Source: an uncultured Pelagibacteraceae bacterium (GTDB lineage Bacteria; Pseudomonadota; Alphaproteobacteria; Pelagibacterales; AG-422-B15). From it: a stretch of DNA of 64,000 bases. The stretch lies in contig CACIWK010000003.1 of assembly GCA_902590345.1 (NCBI GenBank), forward strand, positions 13,232 through 77,231. The letters run 5' to 3'. Positions within the stretch are counted from its first letter, which is position 1. Every line of letters starts with the position of its first letter. Shown piece after piece: positions 22,557 to 33,435 of this stretch. The notes below the pieces were generated by a model. The model was given only the letters and a program-made list of their open reading frames with translations. It did no database searches and was not told where the DNA came from. The position numbers and the translations under genes are program-made.

Positions 22557-25147
22557 TGAAATTTAAAAAAATAAAAATTTTAGGTTTTAAATCATTTGTT
22601 GATCCTACTGAATTAGACATCGATGAGGGATTAACAGGCATAGTTGGTCCTAATGGATGTGGTAAATCAAATGTTGTTGAGTCCCTAAGATGGTGCATGG
22701 GAGAAACCTCTGCAAAAAGCATGAGGGGTTCAGGAATGGAAGATGTAATTTTTTCTGGTACATCAGATAGACCAGCAAGAAATAATGCTGAAGTAACAAT
22801 CTATCTTGATAACGAGGAAAGAAACGCGCCGTCTGAATTTAATGATCAAACTGAAATTCAAGTTAAAAGAAAAATAGAAGTTGAAAAGGGATCAGATTAT
22901 AAAATTAATGGTAAAGACGTTAGAGCTAGAGATGTACAAAGATTATTTGCAGATTTATCTACAGGAGCTCATTCTCCATCCTTGATCAGCCAAGGACGCG
23001 TAGGTTCATTAATAAATGCTAAACCTATAGATAGACGCTCGGTATTAGAAGAAGCGGCAGGAATATCTGGGTTACATTCGCGAAGACATGAAGCAGAGCT
23101 AAAATTGAAAGGTGCAGAAACTAATCTTCAAAGGGTTAAGGATTTGATGAAACAATTAAATAATCAAATCAATAGTCTTAAAAAACAAGCTGAACAAGCT
23201 GAAACCTACCGCTCAGTATCGTCTGAAATTAACAAATTAGAGGGTATCGTTTTATTCCTAAAGTGGACATCTTTAAAAGAATCTTATGAAAAGTCAGATG
23301 AGAATTTAAGATCAAGTGAGTCTCAAATCCAAAAATTTACGTTGCAGGTAACTCAGGCTACTAATGAACAATTAAGAGCCAATGAGAAAATTAAGCCTTT
23401 AAGAGATAAAGAGATTGAGTCTGCGGCAAAATTAAATCGTATTAATCTCGAGAGAGAGTCATTGGATCATGAGGAAGAACGAATAAAAGAAGAAAAAAGA
23501 AATCTTGAAAACGTGATTCAACAAATAATCAGTGATAGTGAGAGGGAGCAGTTTCAACTGGAAGATGCTAAAAAAGACCTTGATTTACTTAATGCAAGAA
23601 AAGATCTCTCTAATAACGAAGAGTTTCAAGAAATAAACAATGAAACAATTGATCAGCTTAAGTCAGAAAAGGATACTTTGGAAACAGAGATTTCAAATCT
23701 TGAGCAACAAATAGAACAATATAATCAGATTAAAAATTCTAAAAGAGATGATTGGCAAGACACTTTGATTAAAGCAGAAAATTTGAAATCAAGGCAATCA
23801 ACTTTAAAAGACGTAGAAGGTTATGATGATCCTGAGAAATGGACAAATATATTTAAAGAAAAATTTTACAATGATCTTGGTGAAATCAGTGAGAAAGTGG
23901 ATCAAGCAAGCAATATTTCAGATGAAGCTAAGGCAAATTATGACAGAGCAAGTAATGAGGCAAAAAATGCAGCAACATTATCAATGGAATTAAGAGAAAA
24001 ACTCAGACAAAAAGACGTTGAACAAAAACAAAGTGATTGGACATATGAATTTCAGAGATTGAATAAAACAATTAAGTCATCTCAAGAACAAATCGAAACA
24101 TTGCAAAAAAGAAAAATAAAAACTGAGCAAGAGCTAGAGAAAATCTCTAACCGCCCAGAAGAAATTGCCCAGAGAAGAGGTCAATTAATTGAAACAAAAG
24201 GCTTTGCAGAGACAGAAAGACAGTTTGCAGCTGATCGTTTAGCTGAAGCTGATAATGAATTAAAAAAAATTGAGACTAATTTAAGAAAAGCCCAAAATGA
24301 TCTCGCTAACATAAGAGAGTCTAAAGGAAGAACAGAAGCAACAAAAGAATTAGCTGAATCAAGATTAAAAGAATTAGAATACGAGTCAAAAGAGAAATTT
24401 AACTGTATTCCCAGTGAAATTGTAAATTCTCTCTCTATATCAGATGATCTTGAAACTATGAGAGCTAACCTCGAAAGAACTGAGATGAGACTTGATCGAC
24501 TTAAGCAGCAGCGTGAAACAATGGGTGCTGTGAATCTAAGGGCAGATTTGGAAACAAAAGAAATAGATGAAGAACTTGAAAAAATGACCACTGAAAAAGA
24601 AGATTTAGAAAACGCAATCAAAAAAATGAGGGAATCTATAGAAGATTTAAATAAAGAAGGTAGAACAAGACTGCTTGGAGCGTTTAAAACTGTAAACACA
24701 CATTTCAAAGAAGTTTTTGTAAAATTATTTAACGGTGGAAAAGCGCACCTTGAACTTATAGACTCTGATGATCCACTTGAAGCAGGGCTTGAAATGATGG
24801 TAAGTCCACCAGGTAAAAAACTTCAGTCAATGTCATTGTTATCTGGTGGGGAACAGGCACTAACAGCATTATCTCTAATCTTCGCTGTATTTTTAACAAA
24901 TCCTTCGCCAATTTGTGTACTTGATGAGGTTGATGCGCCACTGGATGATGCAAACGTCGATAGATTTTGTGGTCTTTTAGATGACATTACAGAAAAAACG
25001 AATACCAAGTTCTTAATTATAACTCACCACGCGCTCACAATGTCGAGAATGGATAGATTGTTTGGAGTAACCATGGCTGAACGAGGCGTCAGTCAAATTG
25101 TCTCTGTAGATCTTAAAAAAGCTGAAGAGATTGGAGCTGTTGCCTAG
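22556..25147 (+). CDS. smc: SMC chromosome condensation ATPase, unusually short (863 aa), no recognisable hinge
   Basis: N-terminal head FKSF...GPNGCGKSNVVESLRWCMGE. C-terminal head with signature LSGGEQALTALSL and Walker B ICVLDEVDAPLDDANV. Long heptad-rich middle. Conserved mutY-DUF721-dsbA-smc synteny. Confidence 0.85.
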   Translation: MKFKKIKILGFKSFVDPTELDIDEGLTGIVGPNGCGKSNVVESLRWCMGETSAKSMRGSGMEDVIFSGTSDRPARNNAEVTIYLDNEERNAPSEFNDQTEIQVKRKIEVEKGSDYKINGKDVRARDVQRLFADLSTGAHSPSLISQGRVGSLINAKPIDRRSVLEEAAGISGLHSRRHEAELKLKGAETNLQRVKDLMKQLNNQINSLKKQAEQAETYRSVSSEINKLEGIVLFLKWTSLKESYEKSDENLRSSESQIQKFTLQVTQATNEQLRANEKIKPLRDKEIESAAKLNRINLERESLDHEEERIKEEKRNLENVIQQIISDSEREQFQLEDAKKDLDLLNARKDLSNNEEFQEINNETIDQLKSEKDTLETEISNLEQQIEQYNQIKNSKRDDWQDTLIKAENLKSRQSTLKDVEGYDDPEKWTNIFKEKFYNDLGEISEKVDQASNISDEAKANYDRASNEAKNAATLSMELREKLRQKDVEQKQSDWTYEFQRLNKTIKSSQEQIETLQKRKIKTEQELEKISNRPEEIAQRRGQLIETKGFAETERQFAADRLAEADNELKKIETNLRKAQNDLANIRESKGRTEATKELAESRLKELEYESKEKFNCIPSEIVNSLSISDDLETMRANLERTEMRLDRLKQQRETMGAVNLRADLETKEIDEELEKMTTEKEDLENAIKKMRESIEDLNKEGRTRLLGAFKTVNTHFKEVFVKLFNGGKAHLELIDSDDPLEAGLEMMVSPPGKKLQSMSLLSGGEQALTALSLIFAVFLTNPSPICVLDEVDAPLDDANVDRFCGLLDDITEKTNTKFLIITHHALTMSRMDRLFGVTMAERGVSQIVSVDLKKAEEIGAVA

Positions 25148-25157
25148 TATATTGAAG

Positions 25158-25430
25158 ATGAATAATGATGCTAATTCTCTTGAAAATAGAATAAAAAAAG
25201 CAAAAGAAGGCCAGTCTATTAAAGAAGCTAAAGCCCCCAAACCATTCGGTAAAATCATGAAAGTAGTGGTTGAAATTGTCGCAGCAATGGCTGTTGGACT
25301 AGGAATTGGTTTGCTGATTGACAATTATTTTAATACAAGACCCATCTTCACATTAATTTTCTTTCTCTTAGGTAGTGCAGCAGGAATTCTTAACGTTTTT
25401 AGGGTTGCAAAAAGTCTTCAAAATAACTAA
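25158..25430 (+). CDS. atpI: ATP synthase protein I (AtpI/AtpZ-like small membrane protein)
   Basis: About 90-aa two-TM protein directly upstream of atpB. ATG at 25158 is preferred to the TTG at 25131 that overlaps smc. Confidence 0.7.
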   Translation: MNNDANSLENRIKKAKEGQSIKEAKAPKPFGKIMKVVVEIVAAMAVGLGIGLLIDNYFNTRPIFTLIFFLLGSAAGILNVFRVAKSLQNN

Positions 25431-25441
25431 AAAATATATCG

Positions 25442-26433
<992 letters not shown>

Positions 26434-26438
26434 GAAAA

Positions 26439-26990
26439 GTGAAAATCTTATTAAAAGCTTTTCTATTAACTGCGCCAATTAATTTTGTATATGCTGCAGA
26501 AGGCCAGAAATCTGCTGGTCTTCCGCAGATGGATATTGCTACATTTCCATCTCAATTATTTTGGCTTGTAATTACGTTTTCACTTTTATACCTGTTTATG
26601 TGGAAATTTGTAATACCAAGGTTAGGCGCAACAATTGAAGAAAGAAGAGATAAGATTTCAAATGACATCAATGATGCTGATAATCTTAATACAGAAGCAA
26701 CTGATATATTAAAAAAATATGATGAGCAAATGGCAAATGCATCACAAGAATCAAATGAGATTATCACTAATTCTAAAAAAGCAATGCTTGATCATTTAGA
26801 AACGCTTAAAAAAGAAAATGAAGAAAAAGTTAACTCCCTAATCTCTGAGTCTCAGGCTAAAATAAAAGCTCAAGAAGAAAAATCTAAGATTGAAATAAGA
26901 AATGCAACGTTAGATACCGTTAAAGCTATTGTATCAAGATATATTGAAAATATTCCTTCAGATGAGGAAATAAATAAGAAATTAAACTAA
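26439..26990 (+). CDS. atpF2: F0F1 ATP synthase subunit b'
   Basis: GTG start, single N-terminal TM segment plus a long charged helix. It is the first of two b-type genes, as in alphaproteobacterial F0 operons. Confidence 0.85.
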   Translation: MKILLKAFLLTAPINFVYAAEGQKSAGLPQMDIATFPSQLFWLVITFSLLYLFMWKFVIPRLGATIEERRDKISNDINDADNLNTEATDILKKYDEQMANASQESNEIITNSKKAMLDHLETLKKENEEKVNSLISESQAKIKAQEEKSKIEIRNATLDTVKAIVSRYIENIPSDEEINKKLN

Positions 26991-27006
26991 TGCTAGGAAC
27001 TATTTA

Positions 27007-27501
27007 ATGTCATCATTCTTTTCAGATCCATCGTCTTGGGTATTAGTAGCTTTTATAATATTTGTCATAATTGCGCTTGTAATTAAAGCGCCATCAATGA
27101 TTGCGAAACTTCTTGATGGTGAAATTGATAAAATCAAATCTGAGTTAGATAATGCCCGAAAATTAAAAGAAGAAGCGAATTCTCTTTTAGCTGATTACGA
27201 GAGAAAGGTTCAGTCTGCTGATGAGGAAGCAAAAGCAATTATTGATCAAGCAAAGGAAATTGCAAAGAATCACGAAGAAGAGTCAAAGTTAAAAGCAGAA
27301 GAGTTTATTAAAAGAGCCGAACAGCAAGCCATAGAAAAGATATCAAGGACTGAAAAAATGGCTATATCAAAAGTTAATGACGAGATTGTAAATAACTCAG
27401 TAAATATTGCTGAGAAAATTATCTTAGAAAACATCAACGACCAAAGTGCAGATAAGCTTGTAAAACAATCAATCGATCAAATAAGTAAACTTAAGGTATA
27501 A
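27007..27501 (+). CDS. atpF: F0F1 ATP synthase subunit b
   Basis: 164 aa, N-terminal TM segment plus an Ala/Glu/Lys-rich helix, last gene of atpI-B-E-F'-F. Confidence 0.88.
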   Translation: MSSFFSDPSSWVLVAFIIFVIIALVIKAPSMIAKLLDGEIDKIKSELDNARKLKEEANSLLADYERKVQSADEEAKAIIDQAKEIAKNHEEESKLKAEEFIKRAEQQAIEKISRTEKMAISKVNDEIVNNSVNIAEKIILENINDQSADKLVKQSIDQISKLKV

Positions 27502-27541
27502 TTTATTATTTATATCTCTCTTTCTAAGCTATAAATAAATT

Positions 27542-28504
27542 ATGGCAGTCTATACACACATATCTAGAGAAGAACTGGATCTTTTTACTGATCACTATAG
27601 TATTGAAAATATTCTTGAATTTTCAGGTATAAAAGGTGGAACTTCTAATTCAAATTATTTACTAAAGACTCTAGAAAAAAATTACATACTTACTATTTTT
27701 GAAGAAAGAACAAATCAGGATAATCTTCAATTCTTTTTTGATCTAATGAATCATTTGAATAAAAACAATGTAAAGTGCCCTGAGGTAATACAAGATAAAA
27801 AAGGAAATTATTCAAACTCAATTCAAAATAGGAAAGCTGTAATCACATCGTTCTTAAAAGGTAGGTCAATAGATCAAATTAAACCAATACACTGTGCGTC
27901 TTTAGGCTCCACTATCGCAAGAATGCATAAAGAATCAGCTAGACTTGAAATGACTAGAGAAAATGAGCTTGGATTTGTAAACCTCAACAGCTTAATTGAA
28001 ACTTTAAAAAATTTTGACGATAATATAGACGCGCAGGTAATCGATTTAATCAATGAAGAATATACTTTCCTATCTGGAAACCTTGATCATAGTTTACCTT
28101 CAGGTATAATTCATGCAGATCTTTTTCCAGATAATATTTTTTTTGAAGGTAATGAGGTTACAGGTATAATAGATTTTTATTTTGCATGCACCGATTATTA
28201 TGCTTACGAAATTGCTATCTGTCTAAATGCATGGTGTTTTGAGCCAAATAATAACGAATTCAATCCAACAAAAGCGAAACATTTATTGGGCAGTTACAAT
28301 CAGTTGCGAGAATTTTCAGAGGAAGAAAAGAAAGCTTTACCTCTTCTTACAAGAGCATCATCTCTAAGGTATCTACTAACTCGTTTAATCGACTACTATT
28401 CGCATGATGATAATGAACTGATCCTTAAAAAGGACCCTAATGAGTATCTCACTAAACTCCAATTTCACCAATCCGTAAAAAAAGTAGGCGAATATGGCCT
28501 CTAA
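27542..28504 (+). CDS. thrB: homoserine kinase, type II (APH/choline-kinase fold)
   Basis: 320 aa. N-terminal MAVYT...GGTSNSNYLL and catalytic IHADLFPDNIFF are typical of Pseudomonas/alphaproteobacterial ThrB. Confidence 0.85.
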   Translation: MAVYTHISREELDLFTDHYSIENILEFSGIKGGTSNSNYLLKTLEKNYILTIFEERTNQDNLQFFFDLMNHLNKNNVKCPEVIQDKKGNYSNSIQNRKAVITSFLKGRSIDQIKPIHCASLGSTIARMHKESARLEMTRENELGFVNLNSLIETLKNFDDNIDAQVIDLINEEYTFLSGNLDHSLPSGIIHADLFPDNIFFEGNEVTGIIDFYFACTDYYAYEIAICLNAWCFEPNNNEFNPTKAKHLLGSYNQLREFSEEEKKALPLLTRASSLRYLLTRLIDYYSHDDNELILKKDPNEYLTKLQFHQSVKKVGEYGL

Positions 28505-28928
28505 AAAGGTTGTTATGTACACCGATGGAGCTTGCTCAGGCAATCCGGGCAATGGAGGTTGGGGAGCTTACATTGAAATTGATGATAAGAAAATTGAGTT
28601 AAGTGGATCTGAAAATAACACCACAAATAACAGAATGGAATTAAAAGCAGTTATTTATGCTCTAGATTATCTTAATGAAAAAAGAGACATAATAATTTTC
28701 ACTGACTCAAAGTATGTCATGCAAGGTATTCAGGAGTGGATAAAAAAATGGAAAACCAATGATTGGAAGACTGCACAAAAAAAAGACGTAAAAAATAAAG
28801 ATCTTTGGGTTGAATTAGACAATCTGACCGATAAACACTCAATAAAATGGGAGTGGGTAAAAGGTCATTCAGGTGATTATGGAAATGAAATTGCTGATAA
28901 ACTAGCGGTCGCTCAGATAAAAAGATAA
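28494..28928 (+). CDS. rnhA: ribonuclease HI
   Basis: YTDGACSGNPGNGGWG, TNNRMEL and KGHSG..GNE.AD motifs. 144 aa. Confidence 0.93.
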   Translation: MASKKVVMYTDGACSGNPGNGGWGAYIEIDDKKIELSGSENNTTNNRMELKAVIYALDYLNEKRDIIIFTDSKYVMQGIQEWIKKWKTNDWKTAQKKDVKNKDLWVELDNLTDKHSIKWEWVKGHSGDYGNEIADKLAVAQIKR

Positions 28929-28929
28929 A

Positions 28930-29415
28930 TTATAGTAATTCCATCATTTTATTTGCTCCACTTACATCAACTTTACCACCATCAACTTCGACAAAAAACT
29001 TTTCAATAATTCCATCATTGACAAGTAGTGAGCATCTTTTTGTCTTGATCGATGTTCCAAATGTATCGGGATAGTCTGTACCTAATGATTTTGCAAACTC
29101 AGCCTTACTATCTGATAAAAATTTTATTTTTCCATTTGATCCAGACATTTCCTCCCATGCTGACATAGTAAATATGTCGTTAGTTGCAAAACATACTATT
29201 TCATCAACAGCTTTTTCTCTAATTTTGTCGGCATTCTCTATAAAGCCAGGTAAATGATTTCGAGCACATGTTGGTGTGAATGCGCCTGGTACACCAAAGA
29301 TTACTATTTTTTTCCCTTTGCAGAAGTCCAATATCTTTAATGGTTGTGGACCTTTGTCCTTATTCATAAAAACTAAAGTTTCATTTGGTAATTCATTTCC
29401 AATTAAATCTGACAT
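28930..29415 (-). CDS. PRX5-type peroxiredoxin
   Basis: 161 aa with the peroxidatic Cys motif VPGAFTPTC. Confidence 0.88.
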   Translation of the reverse strand: MSDLIGNELPNETLVFMNKDKGPQPLKILDFCKGKKIVIFGVPGAFTPTCARNHLPGFIENADKIREKAVDEIVCFATNDIFTMSAWEEMSGSNGKIKFLSDSKAEFAKSLGTDYPDTFGTSIKTKRCSLLVNDGIIEKFFVEVDGGKVDVSGANKMMELL

Positions 29416-29433
29416 TTGACGACCATACTAAAT

Positions 29434-30009
29434 TTATTCCTTAATACAAGATAAAAGTAAGTGGTTCTCCCACTTGCCATTAATTTTCAAATACTGTCTT
29501 ACTAATCCTTCAATACAAAAATTATTTTTTTCAAGTGTCTTTAAAGAACGCTCATTCCTTGGTAGGCACGCTGCCTCTACTCTATGTAAATTCAATTCAT
29601 CAAAAATAAATTCTTTGATAAGTTGTATTGACTCACTCATCAAACCTTTACCCATTTTAGTTTCACAAATCCAATACCCAATTGAGCAAGATTGAACTAC
29701 ACCTCTTTGAACATTATTTATATTAATTTCGCCAATCAAATTATTATTATTTTTTTCAAATATCAGAAAGGAATATGCATTATCATCTAATGCAAGTTTT
29801 TCAAAATATCTTACTCTTTTTACAAATGAACTTCTTTCAAGTTCATTTGGTGACCATGTAGGTTCCCACGGTTTTAAATATCTTTTATTTTTTTCTTTTA
29901 ATGAAGACCATGATTTCCAATCTTTATAGTCAGGAGGTCTTAGGATTACGTTTTCACCTTTCCTCTCAAATGTTATCTTTTTTGGATAATAAGTTGTTAA
30001 AAATGACAC
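29434..30009 (-). CDS. GNAT acetyltransferase, RimJ/RimL-like
   Basis: 191 aa with an Acetyltransf_3-like layout (LRPP...D, IGYWI..., RVEA...N..S). Its stop overlaps thrC by 1 nt. Confidence 0.7.
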   Translation of the reverse strand: MSFLTTYYPKKITFERKGENVILRPPDYKDWKSWSSLKEKNKRYLKPWEPTWSPNELERSSFVKRVRYFEKLALDDNAYSFLIFEKNNNNLIGEININNVQRGVVQSCSIGYWICETKMGKGLMSESIQLIKEFIFDELNLHRVEAACLPRNERSLKTLEKNNFCIEGLVRQYLKINGKWENHLLLSCIKE

Positions 30010-31394
30010 TAGCTTAGCTGCTCCCTAATGAATTCTTTAATTCGACTTGTGTTATTTTCCATTTTATACATTTTTTCTTCAGCATCAAATAAGTAATTGT
30101 ATTTACTCATTAAATTTAAATTTTCACCTATTGATTTTTCAACAACCTCAGAAAATTTTACAGGGTGAGCTGTAGCCAAAACAAAATTAAGCCTATCCAT
30201 ATCTTTTTCAAATCTTGATGCATCCAGTCCTGTAGCAGTGTGGGGGTCAATAACATATGAAAAATTATCTTTCACGGATTTGATTGTGTTTTGAACGATA
30301 TCCATCGAAGAACTATTCGAGCTAAATACCTCTCGAACTTTTTCTAAATTTTCCTCAGATATTGATATTTTTCCACTTTCTTCAAAATTTTCCATTGATA
30401 CTTTTGTTTCAGTATTTGATTGATTAAGTATATCAAAAAGTAATCTTTCAAAATTACTTGCTACCTGAATATCCATACTTGGACTTGATGTTTTTATGAC
30501 TGTTTTAGATTCATATACTCCTGACTTCATAAATCTATTTAGAATATCGTTTTCGTTAGTAGCCACTATTAATTTATTGATAGGTAATCCCATTTTATAT
30601 GAAACATAACCAGCATAAATATCTCCGAAGTTACCAGTTGGGACAGAAAAATTAACTTTATTGGAAGCTCTTTCAGTAAAATTAATAAATGTATAAAAGT
30701 AATATACTGATTGAATGATAATTCTTGCCCAATTAATTGAATTAACTGCAGATATATTATTATGCATACTATAATCTGTATCTTTCAAAATATCTTTAAC
30801 AATTTTTTGACAGTCATCAAAAGTTCCTTCTACTTCACAAAGAAAAATATTTTCTTGATTAACAGTAGACATCTGTCTTCTCTGAAATTCTGAAATCCTA
30901 CCCTTAGGATATAAACAGAAAATATTTATATTTTTGCTTTTTTTTACAGCATTTATAGCAGCTGATCCTGTGTCACCTGATGTAGCTACTATAAGATTTA
31001 TTCTTTTCATTTCTTTTTCTAAAAAATGATCAAAAAGAGGGATAAGTAATTGCATTGCGAAGTCTTTGAAGGCTAAAGTTGGGCCATTGAATAGCTCCAC
31101 GATTATTTCGTTTGCATTAAGCTCCTTGAATGATACACAGCCACTTTCTGTAAAGTTATTTGAATACGCTTCTTTAATAATCCTCTTCAATTGATCGGAC
31201 TCTATTTCGTCACCAATAAATGGAGATAAAATAATTTCTGTTAAGTCCTCATAACTTACATTTCGATTAATATCTTTATGATTTATATTTGGCCAATTTT
31301 CAGGAATAAATAGGCCTCCATCATTTGCTAAACCAGCAAATAAAACTTCTCTAAACCCAAAGTAATCGCGGCCCCTTGTGCTTCTATATCTCAT
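30009..31394 (-). CDS. thrC: threonine synthase
   Basis: N-terminal MRYRSTRG, PLP lysine context PTLAFKDFAMQ, SGDTGSAA loop, 461 aa. Confidence 0.93.
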   Translation of the reverse strand: MRYRSTRGRDYFGFREVLFAGLANDGGLFIPENWPNINHKDINRNVSYEDLTEIILSPFIGDEIESDQLKRIIKEAYSNNFTESGCVSFKELNANEIIVELFNGPTLAFKDFAMQLLIPLFDHFLEKEMKRINLIVATSGDTGSAAINAVKKSKNINIFCLYPKGRISEFQRRQMSTVNQENIFLCEVEGTFDDCQKIVKDILKDTDYSMHNNISAVNSINWARIIIQSVYYFYTFINFTERASNKVNFSVPTGNFGDIYAGYVSYKMGLPINKLIVATNENDILNRFMKSGVYESKTVIKTSSPSMDIQVASNFERLLFDILNQSNTETKVSMENFEESGKISISEENLEKVREVFSSNSSSMDIVQNTIKSVKDNFSYVIDPHTATGLDASRFEKDMDRLNFVLATAHPVKFSEVVEKSIGENLNLMSKYNYLFDAEEKMYKMENNTSRIKEFIREQLS

Positions 31395-32079
31395 TTTTTT
31401 GCACCTTTTGTCTAATATAGTAGATATACATTATCATAATTACAAAAGACAACAAAAACCAGGTGACAGCATACTGGAGATGATTATTTGTTATATTAGA
31501 TGGCTCAAATTCAATCAGAACATTATCAGAATAGCTTTGGTCTAATAATTTTATCATATACTTACTAGAATTTAATTTATGATATTTATCCATTTCACTT
31601 GTATTGAGCAAATACCAGGTATTTGTAATTGTATCATTTTCTGGAATAAGCGGCTTTCGATCCTTCGAATAAATTAAAGCTCCTCTGATTTCTATCTCAC
31701 TATTTTTGAAAACTTCATCTAATTCAAAATTATCTTTAGAGTCAAACGGTATCCAGCCAAGTATTACATAAATAAATTTTTTGCTAATCATTTGCATTGG
31801 TAAGACAATTTCATAACCAGACTCTCCTTTAAGATTAAATTTATAAAAAAACATTTTTTTACCAGTTAACAGTTGTCCTTTTACCGAAGTATTCATGAAT
31901 TCATATTGAGAGTTCTCGTCGTTTAACGGAAATTCATCTAGTACAGAATTATAATTAGAATTAATTGACTCTATTAAATTATTTTTCCATTCGAGCCTTT
32001 GTGTTTGCCAAAAACAAAGCAAAAGAAGCAAGATGATTGTTGAAATAAATATTATGTGGAAAAGAAGATTTTTAATCAA
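31384..32079 (-). CDS. SURF1/Shy1-family cytochrome oxidase assembly protein
   Basis: 231 aa, TM segments at both ends, N-terminal CFWQTQRLEWK and C-terminal HLQYAVTWF motifs, directly downstream of coxC. Confidence 0.88.
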   Translation of the reverse strand: MIKNLLFHIIFISTIILLLLLCFWQTQRLEWKNNLIESINSNYNSVLDEFPLNDENSQYEFMNTSVKGQLLTGKKMFFYKFNLKGESGYEIVLPMQMISKKFIYVILGWIPFDSKDNFELDEVFKNSEIEIRGALIYSKDRKPLIPENDTITNTWYLLNTSEMDKYHKLNSSKYMIKLLDQSYSDNVLIEFEPSNITNNHLQYAVTWFLLSFVIMIMYIYYIRQKVQKNEI

Positions 32080-32091
32080 TTAAAGTATTTA

Positions 32092-32892
32092 TTAATATGA
32101 GCCCCAAACATAAATTGCTGCAAATAAAAATAGCCAAACAACATCAACAAAATGCCAATACCAAGCAGCAGCCTCAAAACCAAAATGATGGTCAGATTTA
32201 AAATGGCCAGCAATCGATCTTCCAAGGCAAACAATTAAGAATATTGTTCCAATTAGAACATGAAAGCCATGAAAACCGGTCGCCATATAAAAAGTTGCTC
32301 CATAGATGTGCCCAGAAAATGAAAAATCAGCATGCATGTATTCATAAACCTGAAAACCAGTGAACACGACACCAAGTCCTACCGTGCACCATAGTCCCTG
32401 TATTAGCTCATTTCTATTGCCTTCTAGCAATGCATGATGAGCCCAGGTAACAGTAGTTCCTGATAAAAGTAAGATTAACGTATTGATTAGAGGTATATGC
32501 CATGGATCCATTAGATGAATATCTGGTGGAGGCCATATAGCTCCTATTTGTTCTGTAGGGAATAAACTTGCATTGAAATATGCCCAAAACCAAGCAACAA
32601 AGAACATAACTTCTGATGCAATAAATAAAGTCATGCCGTATCTAAGGCCAATTTGAACAACTGGTGTGTGATGACCTTGATGTTCACCCTCTATAATCAC
32701 ATCTCTAAACCACATGTATGAGACATAGATAACAATTGCTAAACCAATTATCATTGTCCACATGTCATCGGTCCTGAAATAAACAACCGCACCGACGCAC
32801 GCGATTAAAGCTCCAATCGATGCAAGAAGGGGCCAAGGACTTGGATCAACTAAATGGTATTCATGTGTTCTTTTTGTATTTTCTGAACTCAT
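32092..32892 (-). CDS. ctaE: cytochrome c oxidase (aa3) subunit III
   Basis: 7-TM protein. N-terminal HEYHLVDPSPWPL and C-terminal AAAWYWHFVDVVWLFLF are signature sequences. Confidence 0.95.
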   Translation of the reverse strand: MSSENTKRTHEYHLVDPSPWPLLASIGALIACVGAVVYFRTDDMWTMIIGLAIVIYVSYMWFRDVIIEGEHQGHHTPVVQIGLRYGMTLFIASEVMFFVAWFWAYFNASLFPTEQIGAIWPPPDIHLMDPWHIPLINTLILLLSGTTVTWAHHALLEGNRNELIQGLWCTVGLGVVFTGFQVYEYMHADFSFSGHIYGATFYMATGFHGFHVLIGTIFLIVCLGRSIAGHFKSDHHFGFEAAAWYWHFVDVVWLFLFAAIYVWGSY

Positions 32893-32898
32893 ATTTAA

Positions 32899-33435
32899 TT
32901 ATGTATCACTGTTTTCATAAAAGGTATAGGACAAAGTAACTTCTGATAAATCAGAAATGTATTTATCATTTTCAATTTCAGGATCTATAAAAAATGAAAC
33001 TGGCATAATTTTAGTTTCGTTAGCCATGAGCTCTGTTTCTTGAAAACAAAAGCATTCAATTTTGTTAAAGTACTTTCCTGCCTCAGTTGGGGATACATTA
33101 TAAACAGCAGTACCGCTTAGAGTTTGGTCTGTATTATTCTCTATCACATAATTAATCAGTTTATTTTCACCTATCTTTAATTGATGAATTCTTTGCTCAG
33201 GATAGAATTCCCAATCGAGGGTAGAACCAACGTTGGAGTCTAATCTAACATTGATAGTTTTATCGATAGAATAAATACTTTCAGAAGAATACACATTTGG
33301 AGTGCCCCCAAATCCTGTAACTTTACAAAAATAGTTGTATAGAGGCACTGACGCATAGGCTAAAGCGATCATGGTGATAACTATTCCTATTAGTCCAATG
33401 GCAGTGATACTGTTATTTGACTTGATAAAATTCAT
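32899..33435 (-). CDS. ctaG: cytochrome c oxidase copper-insertion factor CtaG/Cox11
   Basis: N-terminal TM segment, conserved YNYFCKVTGFGGT and copper-binding CFCF. Confidence 0.92.
   Translation of the reverse strand: MNFIKSNNSITAIGLIGIVITMIALAYASVPLYNYFCKVTGFGGTPNVYSSESIYSIDKTINVRLDSNVGSTLDWEFYPEQRIHQLKIGENKLINYVIENNTDQTLSGTAVYNVSPTEAGKYFNKIECFCFQETELMANETKIMPVSFFIDPEIENDKYISDLSEVTLSYTFYENSDT

Noticed and set aside
24181-24708. 175-aa minus-strand ORF inside smc. Similar antisense or alternate-frame ORFs occur at 16892-17371, 35493-35855, 59635-60075, 25013-25324 and 3116-3664.
   Set aside because: These are shadow ORFs opposite strongly conserved genes. Their translations are Ser/Leu/Ile-rich and low complexity, with no motifs.
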